Below are positions 9,476 through 19,810 of a stretch of DNA of 64,000 bases, one piece after another; position 1 is the stretch's first letter, and each line of letters begins with the position of its first letter. The notes under the pieces were generated by a model. The model was not told where the DNA came from. It ran no database searches and saw only the letters and a program-made list of their open reading frames with translations. This DNA comes from Gemmatimonadaceae bacterium (GTDB lineage: Bacteria; Gemmatimonadota; Gemmatimonadetes; Gemmatimonadales; Gemmatimonadaceae): assembly GCA_046593165.1 (NCBI GenBank), contig JBKJRW010000094.1, forward strand, positions 24,217 to 88,216. The letters are read 5' to 3'. The position numbers and the translations under genes were made by a program.

Positions 9476-10462
9476 TCAACGCGCCGCTTGGGGGTGGTGT
9501 CTGAACGCTGCCCAGTAAGCTCCGAACGGTAGCGTCGCAACAAAAAACGTGGCCCACCAGGGGCCGAGCAAGACAGCAACGATCGCGAACTGTGCGGCGT
9601 ACGATCCGAGGATCAGCAGCAGCGAAAAAATGATGGTGAGCATGGCTGGGTCGTCGGGACTGTGGCTTCGCCTGACTGCAAACTCGCGAGCGTAGTTAAT
9701 GACGTAACGATGGGTCAGCTCGCCCCAGGCGGCGAGTGGTGACTCGAATGGGTGAACTCCTCCCTTGCGCTTCACTGCCTCGCGGTCGGGCGATGGCTTA
9801 GGGACCTTGAGCGAGACGGCCGCCAGCCTGTCGGCAACGATCATGGTAAGCTCTTCGACACTGACTGCGCCGACATCGTCGAGAAGTATCGGCTCCCCCG
9901 CTTCGGCCAAAACCGTCGTACCCGGATTGCCTTTGTCTTCGAAGCTTAGTCCGAGAGGCACAATCTGAAGGCCGCGTATGCTGCGATTGTCGCGCGCCTC
10001 CAGCGCAATGCGGGCGACACCAGTCTTGAGTGGGGCAAGTGCGGGCTCGCTGTGACTCTTGCCTTCCGGGAAAATCAGCACAATTCCTCCGCGCTGAAGA
10101 ACTTCCAGGATGCTCTCGAACGCACTGGCGTTGCGGGCAGAATCCGGCGCAGGCCCGGTATTTCGTTTTTTCTCATCGCTGGTACGCTTGAGCGGAACGA
10201 CCCCAATCCTCGGAAACAACCACGCGAGAACAACATTGTTCATCAATGTCGCCTTGGCGGTGAACGTCAGTCGGCGTGGTGCAATCCAGCCGGCAATAAG
10301 CGCGTCGACGAGAGCATTGTGATGGCTCGCCACCAGAAGCACGGGACCACTCGCTGGGATTAGTTCTCTGCCGATTACATGAATATTCGAGTAGAACCAG
10401 TGCAGCGCGATGCCGGTGAACCAGCGAAGCAGGCGATAAATCAAACCCCGGTGCGTCGCCAC
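9476..10462 (-). CDS. 1-acyl-sn-glycerol-3-phosphate acyltransferase (PlsC-like)
   Basis: HxxxxD motif (HNALVD), FPEG motif, C-terminal TM helices. Confidence 0.85.
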   Translation of the reverse strand: MATHRGLIYRLLRWFTGIALHWFYSNIHVIGRELIPASGPVLLVASHHNALVDALIAGWIAPRRLTFTAKATLMNNVVLAWLFPRIGVVPLKRTSDEKKRNTGPAPDSARNASAFESILEVLQRGGIVLIFPEGKSHSEPALAPLKTGVARIALEARDNRSIRGLQIVPLGLSFEDKGNPGTTVLAEAGEPILLDDVGAVSVEELTMIVADRLAAVSLKVPKPSPDREAVKRKGGVHPFESPLAAWGELTHRYVINYAREFAVRRSHSPDDPAMLTIIFSLLLILGSYAAQFAIVAVLLGPWWATFFVATLPFGAYWAAFRHHPQAAR

Positions 10463-11871
10463 TTGTCCGGCACCTTCAACAACAGAACCAGCGAGAAGGA
10501 CATCGCGATCACGACAGTGATCACTGCGGCCCTATAAGCGAAACCTGTCCCAAACGAAGGAAGCAGACCATCCACGGTCCAGCCCCAGATAAGTGGTCCT
10601 GCGATCGCCGCCGCACGCGACGACAGGACCATGAGGCTGAAGAAGCGCGCTGCCTCTACGTCGGGTACGAGCGTCAGAAGCAACGGTCTTTCGGCTGTTG
10701 CGACACCGCCAAAGATCAAGCCGATCGCACCGCCAACAACCCAGAATGCCATCCTGCTCGGCACAATCACCATGGCCACCAGGAGTACCACCCAGGCAGC
10801 GATCACGAACACAAGACTGCGCTTGGGCCCGATTCGGTCGACCAGCCTGCCGATGAAATAGCTTCCGATTGCGGCTGGAATGGTGAGAACGACGAAGAGG
10901 GTCACTTCCGCGCCTTTCTCGAAGCCCATCGCCATTACAGCGTAAAGCGCCATGTACTGGATGATCGTGCCGATGGCGTCCTGGTAAAGAAAGGACGCCA
11001 GCAGGAAGCGCAGCGCGCCGGGATATTTTTTCGAATCGCGAACCGTCTGAACAACACCAGCGAATGCTTCTTTCCACTCGACCCTTTTCCTATCCGGGCG
11101 CGCGTTGTGATCTCTGCAGAAAAGAATGAGGGGGAGCGAGAACAACAGAAAAAGAATCGCCGTCGGGACGAACGTCGAAACTCGACCACCGTGGCTCGTG
11201 AACGGCACCTTCCTCAGCAGATCAACAAACCCGGCCGACAGGTCCCCGACGACGGGCATCGCTCCATTGAAAAACGGCGACACCAGCAGGACCCCGACAA
11301 TGGAGCCCACGTACCCCAGAGCGGTGCCTAACCCCGACAGGCGTCCAACCTCGTTGGGGGGAACCAGCTCGAACATCATGGCGTTATAGAACGGCATCGC
11401 TCCCTGGTACGCCCAGTTCGCGAGAATGAAAGCGGCGAGAATTGCGAAAGCAGGCAAACCAGCGAGAGTGTATGAAGAAACTGAGGGATTTGTTACGGCT
11501 TCCCCGACAAGCGGAATCATCGTCTGCCCGACTATTCCCATGACGATCGTCATGGTTACCGCCGTCAGAGTGAACCCGACCACCCACGGTTTACGGCGCT
11601 GTGTCGCGTCGGATATGGCACCGAAAAGAGGGATCGACAGAACGACCAGCACCGACGATATGCTGCTTGCCAGTGCTGCCATGGTGTTGGTAGCCCCAAC
11701 ATCCCTCACGAGCCACACCGCGAAGAAAAGCGTCGCGATGTTCATCGAGAAGATCGTGTTGGAGAAATCGTAGAGAGACCAACTCAATCGCTCGCGCAAG
11801 GGCGCCCGACTCGCGATTACCTCGCCGGCGTCAGTGATGACGGGTCCTGGGTGAGAAGCGTGGGTCAACAC
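10441..11871 (-). CDS. MFS transporter (UMF1/Atg22-like)
   Basis: SWSLYDFSNTIF N-terminal motif, about 12 hydrophobic segments, GRLVDRIGPK loop. Confidence 0.88.
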   Translation of the reverse strand: MLTHASHPGPVITDAGEVIASRAPLRERLSWSLYDFSNTIFSMNIATLFFAVWLVRDVGATNTMAALASSISSVLVVLSIPLFGAISDATQRRKPWVVGFTLTAVTMTIVMGIVGQTMIPLVGEAVTNPSVSSYTLAGLPAFAILAAFILANWAYQGAMPFYNAMMFELVPPNEVGRLSGLGTALGYVGSIVGVLLVSPFFNGAMPVVGDLSAGFVDLLRKVPFTSHGGRVSTFVPTAILFLLFSLPLILFCRDHNARPDRKRVEWKEAFAGVVQTVRDSKKYPGALRFLLASFLYQDAIGTIIQYMALYAVMAMGFEKGAEVTLFVVLTIPAAIGSYFIGRLVDRIGPKRSLVFVIAAWVVLLVAMVIVPSRMAFWVVGGAIGLIFGGVATAERPLLLTLVPDVEAARFFSLMVLSSRAAAIAGPLIWGWTVDGLLPSFGTGFAYRAAVITVVIAMSFSLVLLLKVPDKWRRTGV

Positions 11872-11944
11872 TGAGCCATCCCTGGGAACTCGGTGAGAGT
11901 CTCTAACTCGACGCGGCCGCTCAAGGGGCTACAAATTACCACTT

Positions 11945-12868
11945 ATGGATTCATTACGGGCAAGGCGTTTCCTGACTGTCATTTCATTTCTGGCGATCGT
12001 CGCGTGTGGCGGTGACGAAAAAAATGTCGCGTCCGATTCCGTCGAATCAAGGCCGACTACGTCTCAGTTCCCAGGACCAACCATCAACAAGGGATGGGAC
12101 AAAACGAAAAACGGTCCCGTCATGCTGCTCTCGGCACCAGGTGGTTTCACCGTGGTGGTGCTCCCCGAGCTGACCGATAGCTCGCTTTCCGCGACGCCGA
12201 CATTCATGCTCGATTCGCTTTCGAACATGCCGGTTGACTTGTTCAGTCGTTCGGGACTGGCCGCCTCTGCCACGCTTCTCGTCGCGTCGCAGCGGAGCAA
12301 CACCGATGGATGTCTGTCGTGGCCAGTCGGTACTCTGTCTCCGTCTCCGAGCAAACCCTGGAACGCTGGATTCAGAACAGGAGTTGCAGCTCCCCTCAAG
12401 CTCGACTCTCTCGAAGGCATGACATCAGGAGACTCATCATTTGTTACGACCGAGATTGCGAGAGTGGCTTCAGCTGTGGCCGAGGGCACCGACCCCACGT
12501 TCCGTGGTCTGCCGTTCGCTGTCAGGCGGGCGTACCGCTTCCAACTTGGAACGACTTCTGTTCTGATCGGCGATGTCGTACGAAAAATCAACGAGGAAGC
12601 CAACCCACGGGTCGAACACCTGTTGCTGGTGGCCGAAAGAGCAGGAGACACCGGTGGCAAGTATGTCGTTGCGTTTGAAAGCCGAGTCGCAGGAGCTGAG
12701 GATGTCGTGCGTACCAGCGAAGTCCTGGCCGCAGTGCGCTTTGCTCAGGGAAGGCCGGCAATCATCGCGACTTTCGAGTACGAAGATGGCAGCAGGCTTG
12801 TCCTTCTCGAACGGACGAGCCAGAAGGAGTGGAAGATCACCTGGCGAAGCGCGTATGCTGGATGCTGA
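11945..12868 (+). CDS. Hypothetical lipoprotein
   Basis: Lipobox IVAC after a basic/hydrophobic N-terminus; long ORF filling the gap. Confidence 0.75.
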   Translation: MDSLRARRFLTVISFLAIVACGGDEKNVASDSVESRPTTSQFPGPTINKGWDKTKNGPVMLLSAPGGFTVVVLPELTDSSLSATPTFMLDSLSNMPVDLFSRSGLAASATLLVASQRSNTDGCLSWPVGTLSPSPSKPWNAGFRTGVAAPLKLDSLEGMTSGDSSFVTTEIARVASAVAEGTDPTFRGLPFAVRRAYRFQLGTTSVLIGDVVRKINEEANPRVEHLLLVAERAGDTGGKYVVAFESRVAGAEDVVRTSEVLAAVRFAQGRPAIIATFEYEDGSRLVLLERTSQKEWKITWRSAYAGC

Positions 12869-12874
12869 AACGAA

Positions 12875-13789
12875 TCAGGAACGCTCTCTCCATTGACCCA
12901 GGCTTGCGGGGGCGGTGGCCTTCCCCGCGATTCCCGCGAGACCGAGCAGGGTGAGAACGTACGGCAACACTAGAAAGGCCTGATATGGCAGCGCCCATCC
13001 CATTGCCTGAAATAAGTATTGAAGCGCGCTGGCGGCTCCAAAGACGACGGCCGCAGCCGCGACCCCAAGTGGGTGCCAACGTCCGAGGACGACGATGGCG
13101 ATCGCAATGAAACCACGTCCGGCCGACATACCTTCGGCGAATGAGCCGGCCTGTGCTATGACGAGCACTCCGCCAGCAATGCCTCCAAGAGCTCCGCCAA
13201 AAAGTATCGCCACTGTCTGCATTCTCGTTGCCGGCACGCCTGCGGCGATAGCAGCCATTGGGTCTTCCCCGACGGCGCGCAGGCCAAGCCCCGAATACGT
13301 GCGATACATCCACCACCAGACGGCGGGGAACGCAACATAAAGCAAATATGTAATTGGCGGCTGCGCGAATAGCGGCCGACCGAGTACGGGAATCGAAACA
13401 AGTCCTGGTACTTCGAAGACACCCATGGTGGGGATGGTCAATGCGGCCCCAGTCGCTCCGTAGAGTTGGCGGTAGAGCGTGGCAGTCAAACCGAGGCTAA
13501 GAAGGCTGACCGCCGTGCCGGTAATTATCTGATCCGCCCGCAAGCGGATTGCGAAGACGGCGAACATGGCGGCCACGATTACGCCACCGAGTGCCGCACC
13601 GGCGAAACCGACCCATACGCTACCTGTTCCCGCAGCAATGAAAGCACCGAACGCACCGGCTATTATCGCGCCCTCGAGCCCGATGTTGATAACACCGGAC
13701 CGCTCGGCGACAGTTTCCCCCAGTGCCGCAAAGCCGAGAGGAGTAGCCGTTCGCACGGTGCCCTCGAGAAATGTTTCGAATGCCGTCAT
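12875..13789 (-). CDS. ABC transporter permease (BMP/nucleoside type)
   Basis: ERSGVINIGLEG, GLGLRAVGEDP, AGRGFIAIAIVVLGRW motifs. Confidence 0.92.
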   Translation of the reverse strand: MTAFETFLEGTVRTATPLGFAALGETVAERSGVINIGLEGAIIAGAFGAFIAAGTGSVWVGFAGAALGGVIVAAMFAVFAIRLRADQIITGTAVSLLSLGLTATLYRQLYGATGAALTIPTMGVFEVPGLVSIPVLGRPLFAQPPITYLLYVAFPAVWWWMYRTYSGLGLRAVGEDPMAAIAAGVPATRMQTVAILFGGALGGIAGGVLVIAQAGSFAEGMSAGRGFIAIAIVVLGRWHPLGVAAAAVVFGAASALQYLFQAMGWALPYQAFLVLPYVLTLLGLAGIAGKATAPASLGQWRERS

Positions 13790-14721
13790 CGGGCTCCGGC
13801 TTTTGCAAGTCCTGGAATCACGCGACCGCGCAAGCTCGCGACCGCCAGCACCGTGAGAATGAGTGCGGCTTCCGTGACGGAGGCGATGGAGGCTGGAATC
13901 GCAAACTCACGCTGCAGCGAAATCGCCCCCGTTTCGAGTGCACCAAAGAAAATGCCTGACGCAATCACTCCAAGGGGATTCAACCCAGCTATCAGCGCTA
14001 CGGCGATCGCGGTGTATCCGTAACCCGGTGAAATATTTTCGTAGAGCGCAAAAGTGACACCGGTTACTTCGATCCCTCCCGCGATACCGGCGAGAGCACC
14101 GCTTAGAAGGAATACGCGATAGGACGTTCTGGCGACATCGATTCGACCCGCGCTCCAGGCTGCGCGAGGCGCTGCGCCCGCTGCGCGAATCCTGAATCCA
14201 GCAGCGGTACTTCTGAAAAACCAGGCAAGAATCAGCGCGAGCACTACAGCGATGGCAAAGCCGGCATGCAATCGGGTACCAGGCAGCATCAACGGGAGTC
14301 TCGCCGCTTCGGCAATGGACGGCGATTGCGGATAGATCCGCTGAGGCTCCTGAAGTGGTCCTCTTACGAGAAATGAAACGAGATGTATTGCGATGAAGTT
14401 GAGCATGATCGTGCTGATGATCTCAAGCACGCGAAATCGCTGTCGCAACTCTGCGGCTATGGCTGCCCATGTCGCGCCGGCGATCGCTGCCGCGAGCAGG
14501 GCAACAGCTGGCGTGGCGTTTCCAAGGGTTTCCCCTGCCCGGAGCGCGACCGTCGTACCCGCAATTGCACCGGCGAGCAATTGCCCCTCGGCACCGATGT
14601 TGAATACCCCTCCACGAAAAGCGAGTGCCACGGCAAGGCCGGTAATTATCAGCGGGGTCGATCTTACCAGCGTGTCGGCAAGAAATGAAAGGTCAACCAA
14701 CGGCGCGCTCCGCTGATGCAT
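13786..14721 (-). CDS. ABC transporter permease (BMP/nucleoside type), short N-terminus
   Basis: TPLIITGLAVALAFRGGVFNIGAEGQ and GYGYTAIAVAL motifs; start 14721 (ATG) or 14700 (TTG). Confidence 0.88.
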   Translation of the reverse strand: MHQRSAPLVDLSFLADTLVRSTPLIITGLAVALAFRGGVFNIGAEGQLLAGAIAGTTVALRAGETLGNATPAVALLAAAIAGATWAAIAAELRQRFRVLEIISTIMLNFIAIHLVSFLVRGPLQEPQRIYPQSPSIAEAARLPLMLPGTRLHAGFAIAVVLALILAWFFRSTAAGFRIRAAGAAPRAAWSAGRIDVARTSYRVFLLSGALAGIAGGIEVTGVTFALYENISPGYGYTAIAVALIAGLNPLGVIASGIFFGALETGAISLQREFAIPASIASVTEAALILTVLAVASLRGRVIPGLAKAGAR

Positions 14722-16153
14722 CTCCGAGTAGAAGTCTTCCTATCGCGTTTCGGTCAGGGGTAGCGTAGGCGATGCGGCCTGCGCTCACTACGACGACCCT
14801 GTCGGAAAGGTCGGCCAGCTCATCGAGATCGGTGGAGTAGAAGACAATTCCGATACCGGCGTTTCGTGCCGCTCGCATTCTTTGATGAATCGCAGCGGCC
14901 GCCTTCACATCGAGTCCCTGGGTGGGGTTTTCGAGAACGAGGAGGGCTGGGTTGTCGCTCAATTCGCGACCCAGCACAAACCTTTGCTGATTCCCGCCGG
15001 ACAGTGTCCGTGCCATTGCGTCTGGGCCTGCAGCCCGTACGTCGAACTCGCCGATCACACCGATTGTAGCTTCTCGAAGTTGTCGCCAGTCAAGCAACCC
15101 GCGTCGCTCTCCGGCATTCCTGAGTGCGAGATTTTCTGTCAGCGTAAAACTGGGGATAAGCGCATCCTCCAGCCGATTCTCCGGCACAAAACCGACTCGC
15201 AGCGATTGCCCGGAACCGTCAGTTGACTGGCCATGCAAGGCGGCAAACAATCGAAGCAATTGCGTCGCAGCCCCGTCGATTGCCGCGACACCGAGAATCT
15301 CTCCATTGTGAACTTCGATGCTCTCCGTACGGTCTGGCGTTACGGAAACACGCGCCACCACTGAAGAGCTGGCCTCACGGATGTTTCGCGTGTCTTGTTG
15401 CGGCTGCGCGCTGCCCAGCATCGCGGTAGTCAACACTTCGCGGGTAGTGTCTCTCATTCTGGCATTAAGAACCATGCGCCCGCGTCGGAGTACCGTGACG
15501 TCATCAGCGTGGTCGAGCGCATCCTGCAACTTGTGTGTGATGAGGATCACGCTTCGGCCAGAACTTGCGAGCCTGCGGAGCTGGATGAACAGCTCTCCCG
15601 TATCCCCTGGAGTGAGCACCGCAGTAGGCTCGTCGAGAATCAAGAAATCGGCATCGTGCGCAAGGGTGCGCACGATCTCCAGCTTTTGCCTTTCAGCGCT
15701 GGAAAGGCTAGCGACTTTTGCAGCAGGGTCGAGTTCGAGCCCCGTTTCACGCGCGACTTCCTTCATTCGTCGCGCTATATCATCGAAGCGATATATGCCC
15801 GTACCGCCGAGGGCGACATTGTCTGCGACTGTCATTGCGGGGACAAGCGAGAATTGCTGGTGCACCATGCCGATGCGAGCGACAATCGCGTCTCGGGGAG
15901 AAGAAAGAGTCAGGCGCGCACCGTTTCTCGCGATATCTCCGGAATCGGCCGCGACCATGCCGAAGGCAATTCGCATCAGCGTGGTCTTGCCTGCACCATT
16001 CTCACCGAGGAGGGCGTGAATGGTGCCTTTTGTCACGCAGAGCGAGACGTTATCGAGTGCTGTGACGCCGTGAAACCGTTTTGTGATCCCGCGCAGCTCG
16101 AGGGCGGGGCGAGTCGGTTCAGCGAGTGACGTTCGCTCCGGCCCTGGCGTCAA
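14693..16153 (-). CDS. ABC transporter ATP-binding protein, two NBDs
   Basis: GENGAGKT, LILDEPT, LSGGNQQ. The TTG start overlaps the upstream TGA (TTGA). Confidence 0.92.
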   Translation of the reverse strand: MTPGPERTSLAEPTRPALELRGITKRFHGVTALDNVSLCVTKGTIHALLGENGAGKTTLMRIAFGMVAADSGDIARNGARLTLSSPRDAIVARIGMVHQQFSLVPAMTVADNVALGGTGIYRFDDIARRMKEVARETGLELDPAAKVASLSSAERQKLEIVRTLAHDADFLILDEPTAVLTPGDTGELFIQLRRLASSGRSVILITHKLQDALDHADDVTVLRRGRMVLNARMRDTTREVLTTAMLGSAQPQQDTRNIREASSSVVARVSVTPDRTESIEVHNGEILGVAAIDGAATQLLRLFAALHGQSTDGSGQSLRVGFVPENRLEDALIPSFTLTENLALRNAGERRGLLDWRQLREATIGVIGEFDVRAAGPDAMARTLSGGNQQRFVLGRELSDNPALLVLENPTQGLDVKAAAAIHQRMRAARNAGIGIVFYSTDLDELADLSDRVVVVSAGRIAYATPDRNAIGRLLLGDASAERAVG

Positions 16154-16923
16154 AGCCCGGTTGGCGCGTGAATCGCGGTCCACTCCAGGTCGAACGTCTT
16201 TGCGGCATGCTCCGTCAATGCTGCGACACCGAGCGTCTCGGTAGCGTAATGCCCCGCGTAAATGATGACCATATCCAGATCTCCGGCCTCGACCGCTGTC
16301 CAGTGCGGACCTTCACCGACGATGAGCGTGTCGACTTGAGATCGTGTTGCCTCTTGCAGTGTTTCAGCCGATGCTCCGCCGCCGGTGCAGACAGCCCAGC
16401 GCCTGGTGCGACGTCCGTCTGGAAATGCAGTCGCTATCGCGTTGCCACCATGCGCTGTGGCGAAGCGTCGCGATCTATCCACGAGATCTGCGGTTGGAAT
16501 ATCGGAGGTGCCGCGAACTCCGATGGTTGTTCCCTTGTAGCTGGCGAACTCGCCGGACGGAGTGAGGCCAAGCTGGCCAGATAGTAGCACATTGTTACCA
16601 AATATGGGATGCCTGTCCAACGGCAGGTGCGACGCGTACACGGCAACATCATTGTCCAGGAGCATGCGCATACGGGTATACGCGGCCCCCGTTATCGGCC
16701 GTGCTCCTCCCCAGAACATTCCGTGATGCACGATCAGGAAGTCCGCTTTTTCCTCGACGGCGCGAGCGACGGTTCTGCTCGAGAAGTCCACACACGCAGC
16801 GAGTTTTCTTATCTTGCCCGCGTTGGCGAGCTGGAGACCGTTGATGGCGCCGGGGTAATCCGGTATTTCGGAGGTTTCCAGCAAGCCGTCGAGAAACGCT
16901 ACCATTTCCAGGGTCTCGGTCAC
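16150..16923 (-). CDS. Nif3-like dinuclear metal-centre protein (YbgI family)
   Basis: NGLQ, HHG, HLPLD, AGHYATE metal-ligand motifs. Confidence 0.93.
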   Translation of the reverse strand: MTETLEMVAFLDGLLETSEIPDYPGAINGLQLANAGKIRKLAACVDFSSRTVARAVEEKADFLIVHHGMFWGGARPITGAAYTRMRMLLDNDVAVYASHLPLDRHPIFGNNVLLSGQLGLTPSGEFASYKGTTIGVRGTSDIPTADLVDRSRRFATAHGGNAIATAFPDGRRTRRWAVCTGGGASAETLQEATRSQVDTLIVGEGPHWTAVEAGDLDMVIIYAGHYATETLGVAALTEHAAKTFDLEWTAIHAPTGL

Positions 16924-17948
16924 TTGCGGGGTTTCTCCTGCATTGAATCTGGTAGCAGCCTGTCATTGAACGTGCCGTTCTGCATGCGTTCTTCAACAGA
17001 ACTGACCGCTGCGCTGGCGTCAGCCGGAATTTCGCCTGCGAGCCGTGGATTCGGCACATACAGCACTACACCGTCGTGAATGCCGAGAGAAAAAACACGC
17101 CCGCTGAAATTCCCCTTTTTCACTTCGCGCGCAATCAATAGAAATGCATGAGCGAGATCGATGACCACGCTGCCCAGAGTATGGTTGGGAGCCATGTCAT
17201 TCTGGTTTGCGTTCGATCCGATGACTCGAACTGATTTTGTTTCCTTCACTGCTTGAAAGACGCCAAGTCCTGCAGCGTCGGCATTCTGGAAAATCACGTC
17301 CACGCCGCGGGATATCTGCGCGATGGCTTGCTCTTTTCCTGCGCTCGCGTCATCCCAGTTACCGATGTACGAGACAATTACCGTTACTCGCGGGTTGACT
17401 GATTTTGCACCCTGCTCGAACGCGGCAAAGCTTCGCTTGACCGGGGGTAGTTCCGTACCGCCGATGACGCCAAGAACATTCGATCGTGTCACCCTGCCCG
17501 CGATTATTCCTGCCAGGTACGAGGCTTCTTCAAAGGCGAAATCCGCTCCGGCGACGTTTTTTGCGACACTGGTTCCGGACGTGGTCACGTAGACGGTGTT
17601 TGGATAGCTGGGCGCCACGCGCAACGCGGCGTCCTGGAACTCGAAGCCGTGACCGAACACAAGATCGAAGCCCTTCGCGCCGTACTGGCGAAAATTCTCG
17701 TCGAACTCCGCGGGTGTTTTTGTCTGGATATGACTGACCTGGGCGCTGAGACTATCACGGATAGCCATCAATCCCGCATAGGCCCCACCATTCCACGACT
17801 TGTCCGAGATAGGCCCTGGTGTGAGCAATGCGACTTTGAAGGTGCTGCCGGGAGCAGCTTCGGAGCGTTCGGCCTTTCCCGAACACGCTCCCAAGGTGAG
17901 TGCGAACAGCCATGCGGCAAGTGTAGGGAAACCCCGGTGCGAAACCAT
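16920..17948 (-). CDS. BMP-family ABC substrate-binding lipoprotein
   Basis: Lipobox LGAC; DKSWN, GHGFEF, GNWDD and DVIF motifs. Confidence 0.92.
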   Translation of the reverse strand: MVSHRGFPTLAAWLFALTLGACSGKAERSEAAPGSTFKVALLTPGPISDKSWNGGAYAGLMAIRDSLSAQVSHIQTKTPAEFDENFRQYGAKGFDLVFGHGFEFQDAALRVAPSYPNTVYVTTSGTSVAKNVAGADFAFEEASYLAGIIAGRVTRSNVLGVIGGTELPPVKRSFAAFEQGAKSVNPRVTVIVSYIGNWDDASAGKEQAIAQISRGVDVIFQNADAAGLGVFQAVKETKSVRVIGSNANQNDMAPNHTLGSVVIDLAHAFLLIAREVKKGNFSGRVFSLGIHDGVVLYVPNPRLAGEIPADASAAVSSVEERMQNGTFNDRLLPDSMQEKPRK

Positions 17949-17998
17949 GGTATTGCGGTTAAAGTGTTGTCTAGTATACAGTTACTAAGGCGCGGATA

Positions 17999-18904
17999 TC
18001 AGTGTGGATCGTCTCTCAGGCCTATGAGATCCAGCACTCTCTCCAAATCCTCTGGGCTGTAGAATTCGATAGTTATCGAGCCCTTATGGGCAGCCTTGAG
18101 GGAAATTGCTACGTCTGTCTGCAGGTGCTTTCGCAGGCGTTGCTCCACGCTTCGAAGTTCAGGCGGCCGGCTGTCCACCTTCGCGGGGGTGCTTCCCTTC
18201 AGGCCAGCCCGCCCCTTGCCGGACTCCCGGACGCGACGCTCCACCTCGCGGGCGCTCCAACCCTTCTGGACTATCTGTCTTGCGAACATTGTCATTCGCG
18301 AGGGGTCGTCCAGCCCCAGAAGCGGCCTTGCCTGGCCGGCAGTAAGCTGTCCGTCCTGGAGGAGTTCACGAACTGCGGGCGGAAGGTGGAGGATGCGGAG
18401 AACGTTGGCTACTGTAGACCGATCCTTTCCGACGATGGTGGCTACAGTCTGCTGGGTGTGTCCGAACTCGCGAATAAGCTGGTCGTAGCCTTCCGCCTCT
18501 TCTATAGGATTGAGATCTGAGCGCTGGAGATTCTCTATCAGGGCGAGCGTGAGAATTTCCTTGTCACTCAATTCCTTGATAACGGCTGGAATTTCTGACC
18601 ACCCGAGATTGGTTGCGGCCCGCAGGCGCCGCTCGCCAGCAATCAATTCGTACCCATCGCCCTTGGGTGCCGTCCGGACCGTGACGGGCTGAAGCAGTCC
18701 GCTCGACTGGAGACTTTCCTGTAACTCACGGAGCTCGGCCGACTTGAAGTTTTTTCTGGGTTGGAACGGATTGCGCGTAATCCTGGAGATCGGAATGTTT
18801 CTGAGAGCGCCTTTTTCCTTCTCGACCGGTAGCGGTGCGCCGGGCGCATTGAAGAGTGCGTCCAGGCCGCGGCCAAGTCTACGGGTCGATTTCTCAGGAG
18901 CCAT
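17999..18904 (-). CDS. parB: Chromosome partitioning protein ParB
   Basis: NPFQPRKNF, GLLQPV, AGERRLRA, LIENLQRSDLNPIEEA and HTH. Confidence 0.97.
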   Translation of the reverse strand: MAPEKSTRRLGRGLDALFNAPGAPLPVEKEKGALRNIPISRITRNPFQPRKNFKSAELRELQESLQSSGLLQPVTVRTAPKGDGYELIAGERRLRAATNLGWSEIPAVIKELSDKEILTLALIENLQRSDLNPIEEAEGYDQLIREFGHTQQTVATIVGKDRSTVANVLRILHLPPAVRELLQDGQLTAGQARPLLGLDDPSRMTMFARQIVQKGWSAREVERRVRESGKGRAGLKGSTPAKVDSRPPELRSVEQRLRKHLQTDVAISLKAAHKGSITIEFYSPEDLERVLDLIGLRDDPH

Positions 18905-19685
18905 TGGTAGTGTCTCGTGCTGGAGTGCGTGCGATCAATTCGCGGGCGACATTCATATAGGCTTTAGCTCCAACCGATCCGATGTCATAGAGAATGATTG
19001 GTTTGCCAAAGCTTGGCGCTTCCGCCAGGCGGACGTTTCTTGGAATGACTGTTTCAAAGACGGTGTCGCCAAAGTAGTCGCGCGCATCTGCTGCGACTTG
19101 ACGCGACAGATTGAGCCTGGCGTCGTACATGGTTAGCAAAACGCCACTTATACTCAGCGATTCGTTCACTCCGTGCTGGATACGATGTACGGTGTTTAGC
19201 AGTTGCGACAGGCCCTCCAGTGCATAGTACTCGCACTGGAGGGGGATCAGGACCGCGTCTGCGGCGCCGAGCATGTTGAGGGTAATGAGTCCGAGCGATG
19301 GGGGGCAGTCGATGAGAATGTAGTCGTACTCACCGCGCACTGGTTCGATTGCATTTCGCATCGTATGGCCGCGGTCTTCGCGGTCGATAAGTTCTACTTC
19401 TGCACCGGCGAGGTCGGGTGTAGCGGGTACCACGTCGAGAAGATCGAAGTGGATATTGTTCTGAATGGCTTGGCGGATGGAGGATCCACCGATAAGGACG
19501 TCGTAAAGAGTGGCGGGAAGGCTGCTTCCGTCGATCCCGACTCCGCTGGTGGCATTGCCCTGTGGGTCACCGTCGATCAACAGGGTTCGTTGTTCGGCTG
19601 CGGCCAGGCTGGCGGCGAGGTTGACGGTGGTGGTGGTCTTGCCGACCCCACCCTTCTGGTTAGCGACTGCTATTACACGACCCAC
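18894..19685 (-). CDS. parA: Chromosome partitioning ATPase ParA/Soj
   Basis: NQKGGVGKTTT, DGDPQGNAT, DCPPSLG, QCEYYALEG; start 19685 or 19691 (GTG). Confidence 0.97.
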   Translation of the reverse strand: MGRVIAVANQKGGVGKTTTTVNLAASLAAAEQRTLLIDGDPQGNATSGVGIDGSSLPATLYDVLIGGSSIRQAIQNNIHFDLLDVVPATPDLAGAEVELIDREDRGHTMRNAIEPVRGEYDYILIDCPPSLGLITLNMLGAADAVLIPLQCEYYALEGLSQLLNTVHRIQHGVNESLSISGVLLTMYDARLNLSRQVAADARDYFGDTVFETVIPRNVRLAEAPSFGKPIILYDIGSVGAKAYMNVARELIARTPARDTTNGS

Positions 19686-19759
19686 TGGCACCGGATTGAG
19701 AGGGGAGCCGGAATGTACGGAAGCGAGCCCCCTCTGGGCAGGGGATACTTGCTCTGGGT

Positions 19760-19775
19760 TGTGTCACGTGAAATA
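19760..19775. promoter_or_regulatory. parS site 1
   Basis: TGTGTCACGTGAAATA, 14/16 match to TGTTTCACGTGAAACA. Confidence 0.75.
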
Positions 19776-19810
19776 ACCTTGCTCGGGGTTACTCAGATAG
19801 CAGAGGCGGA

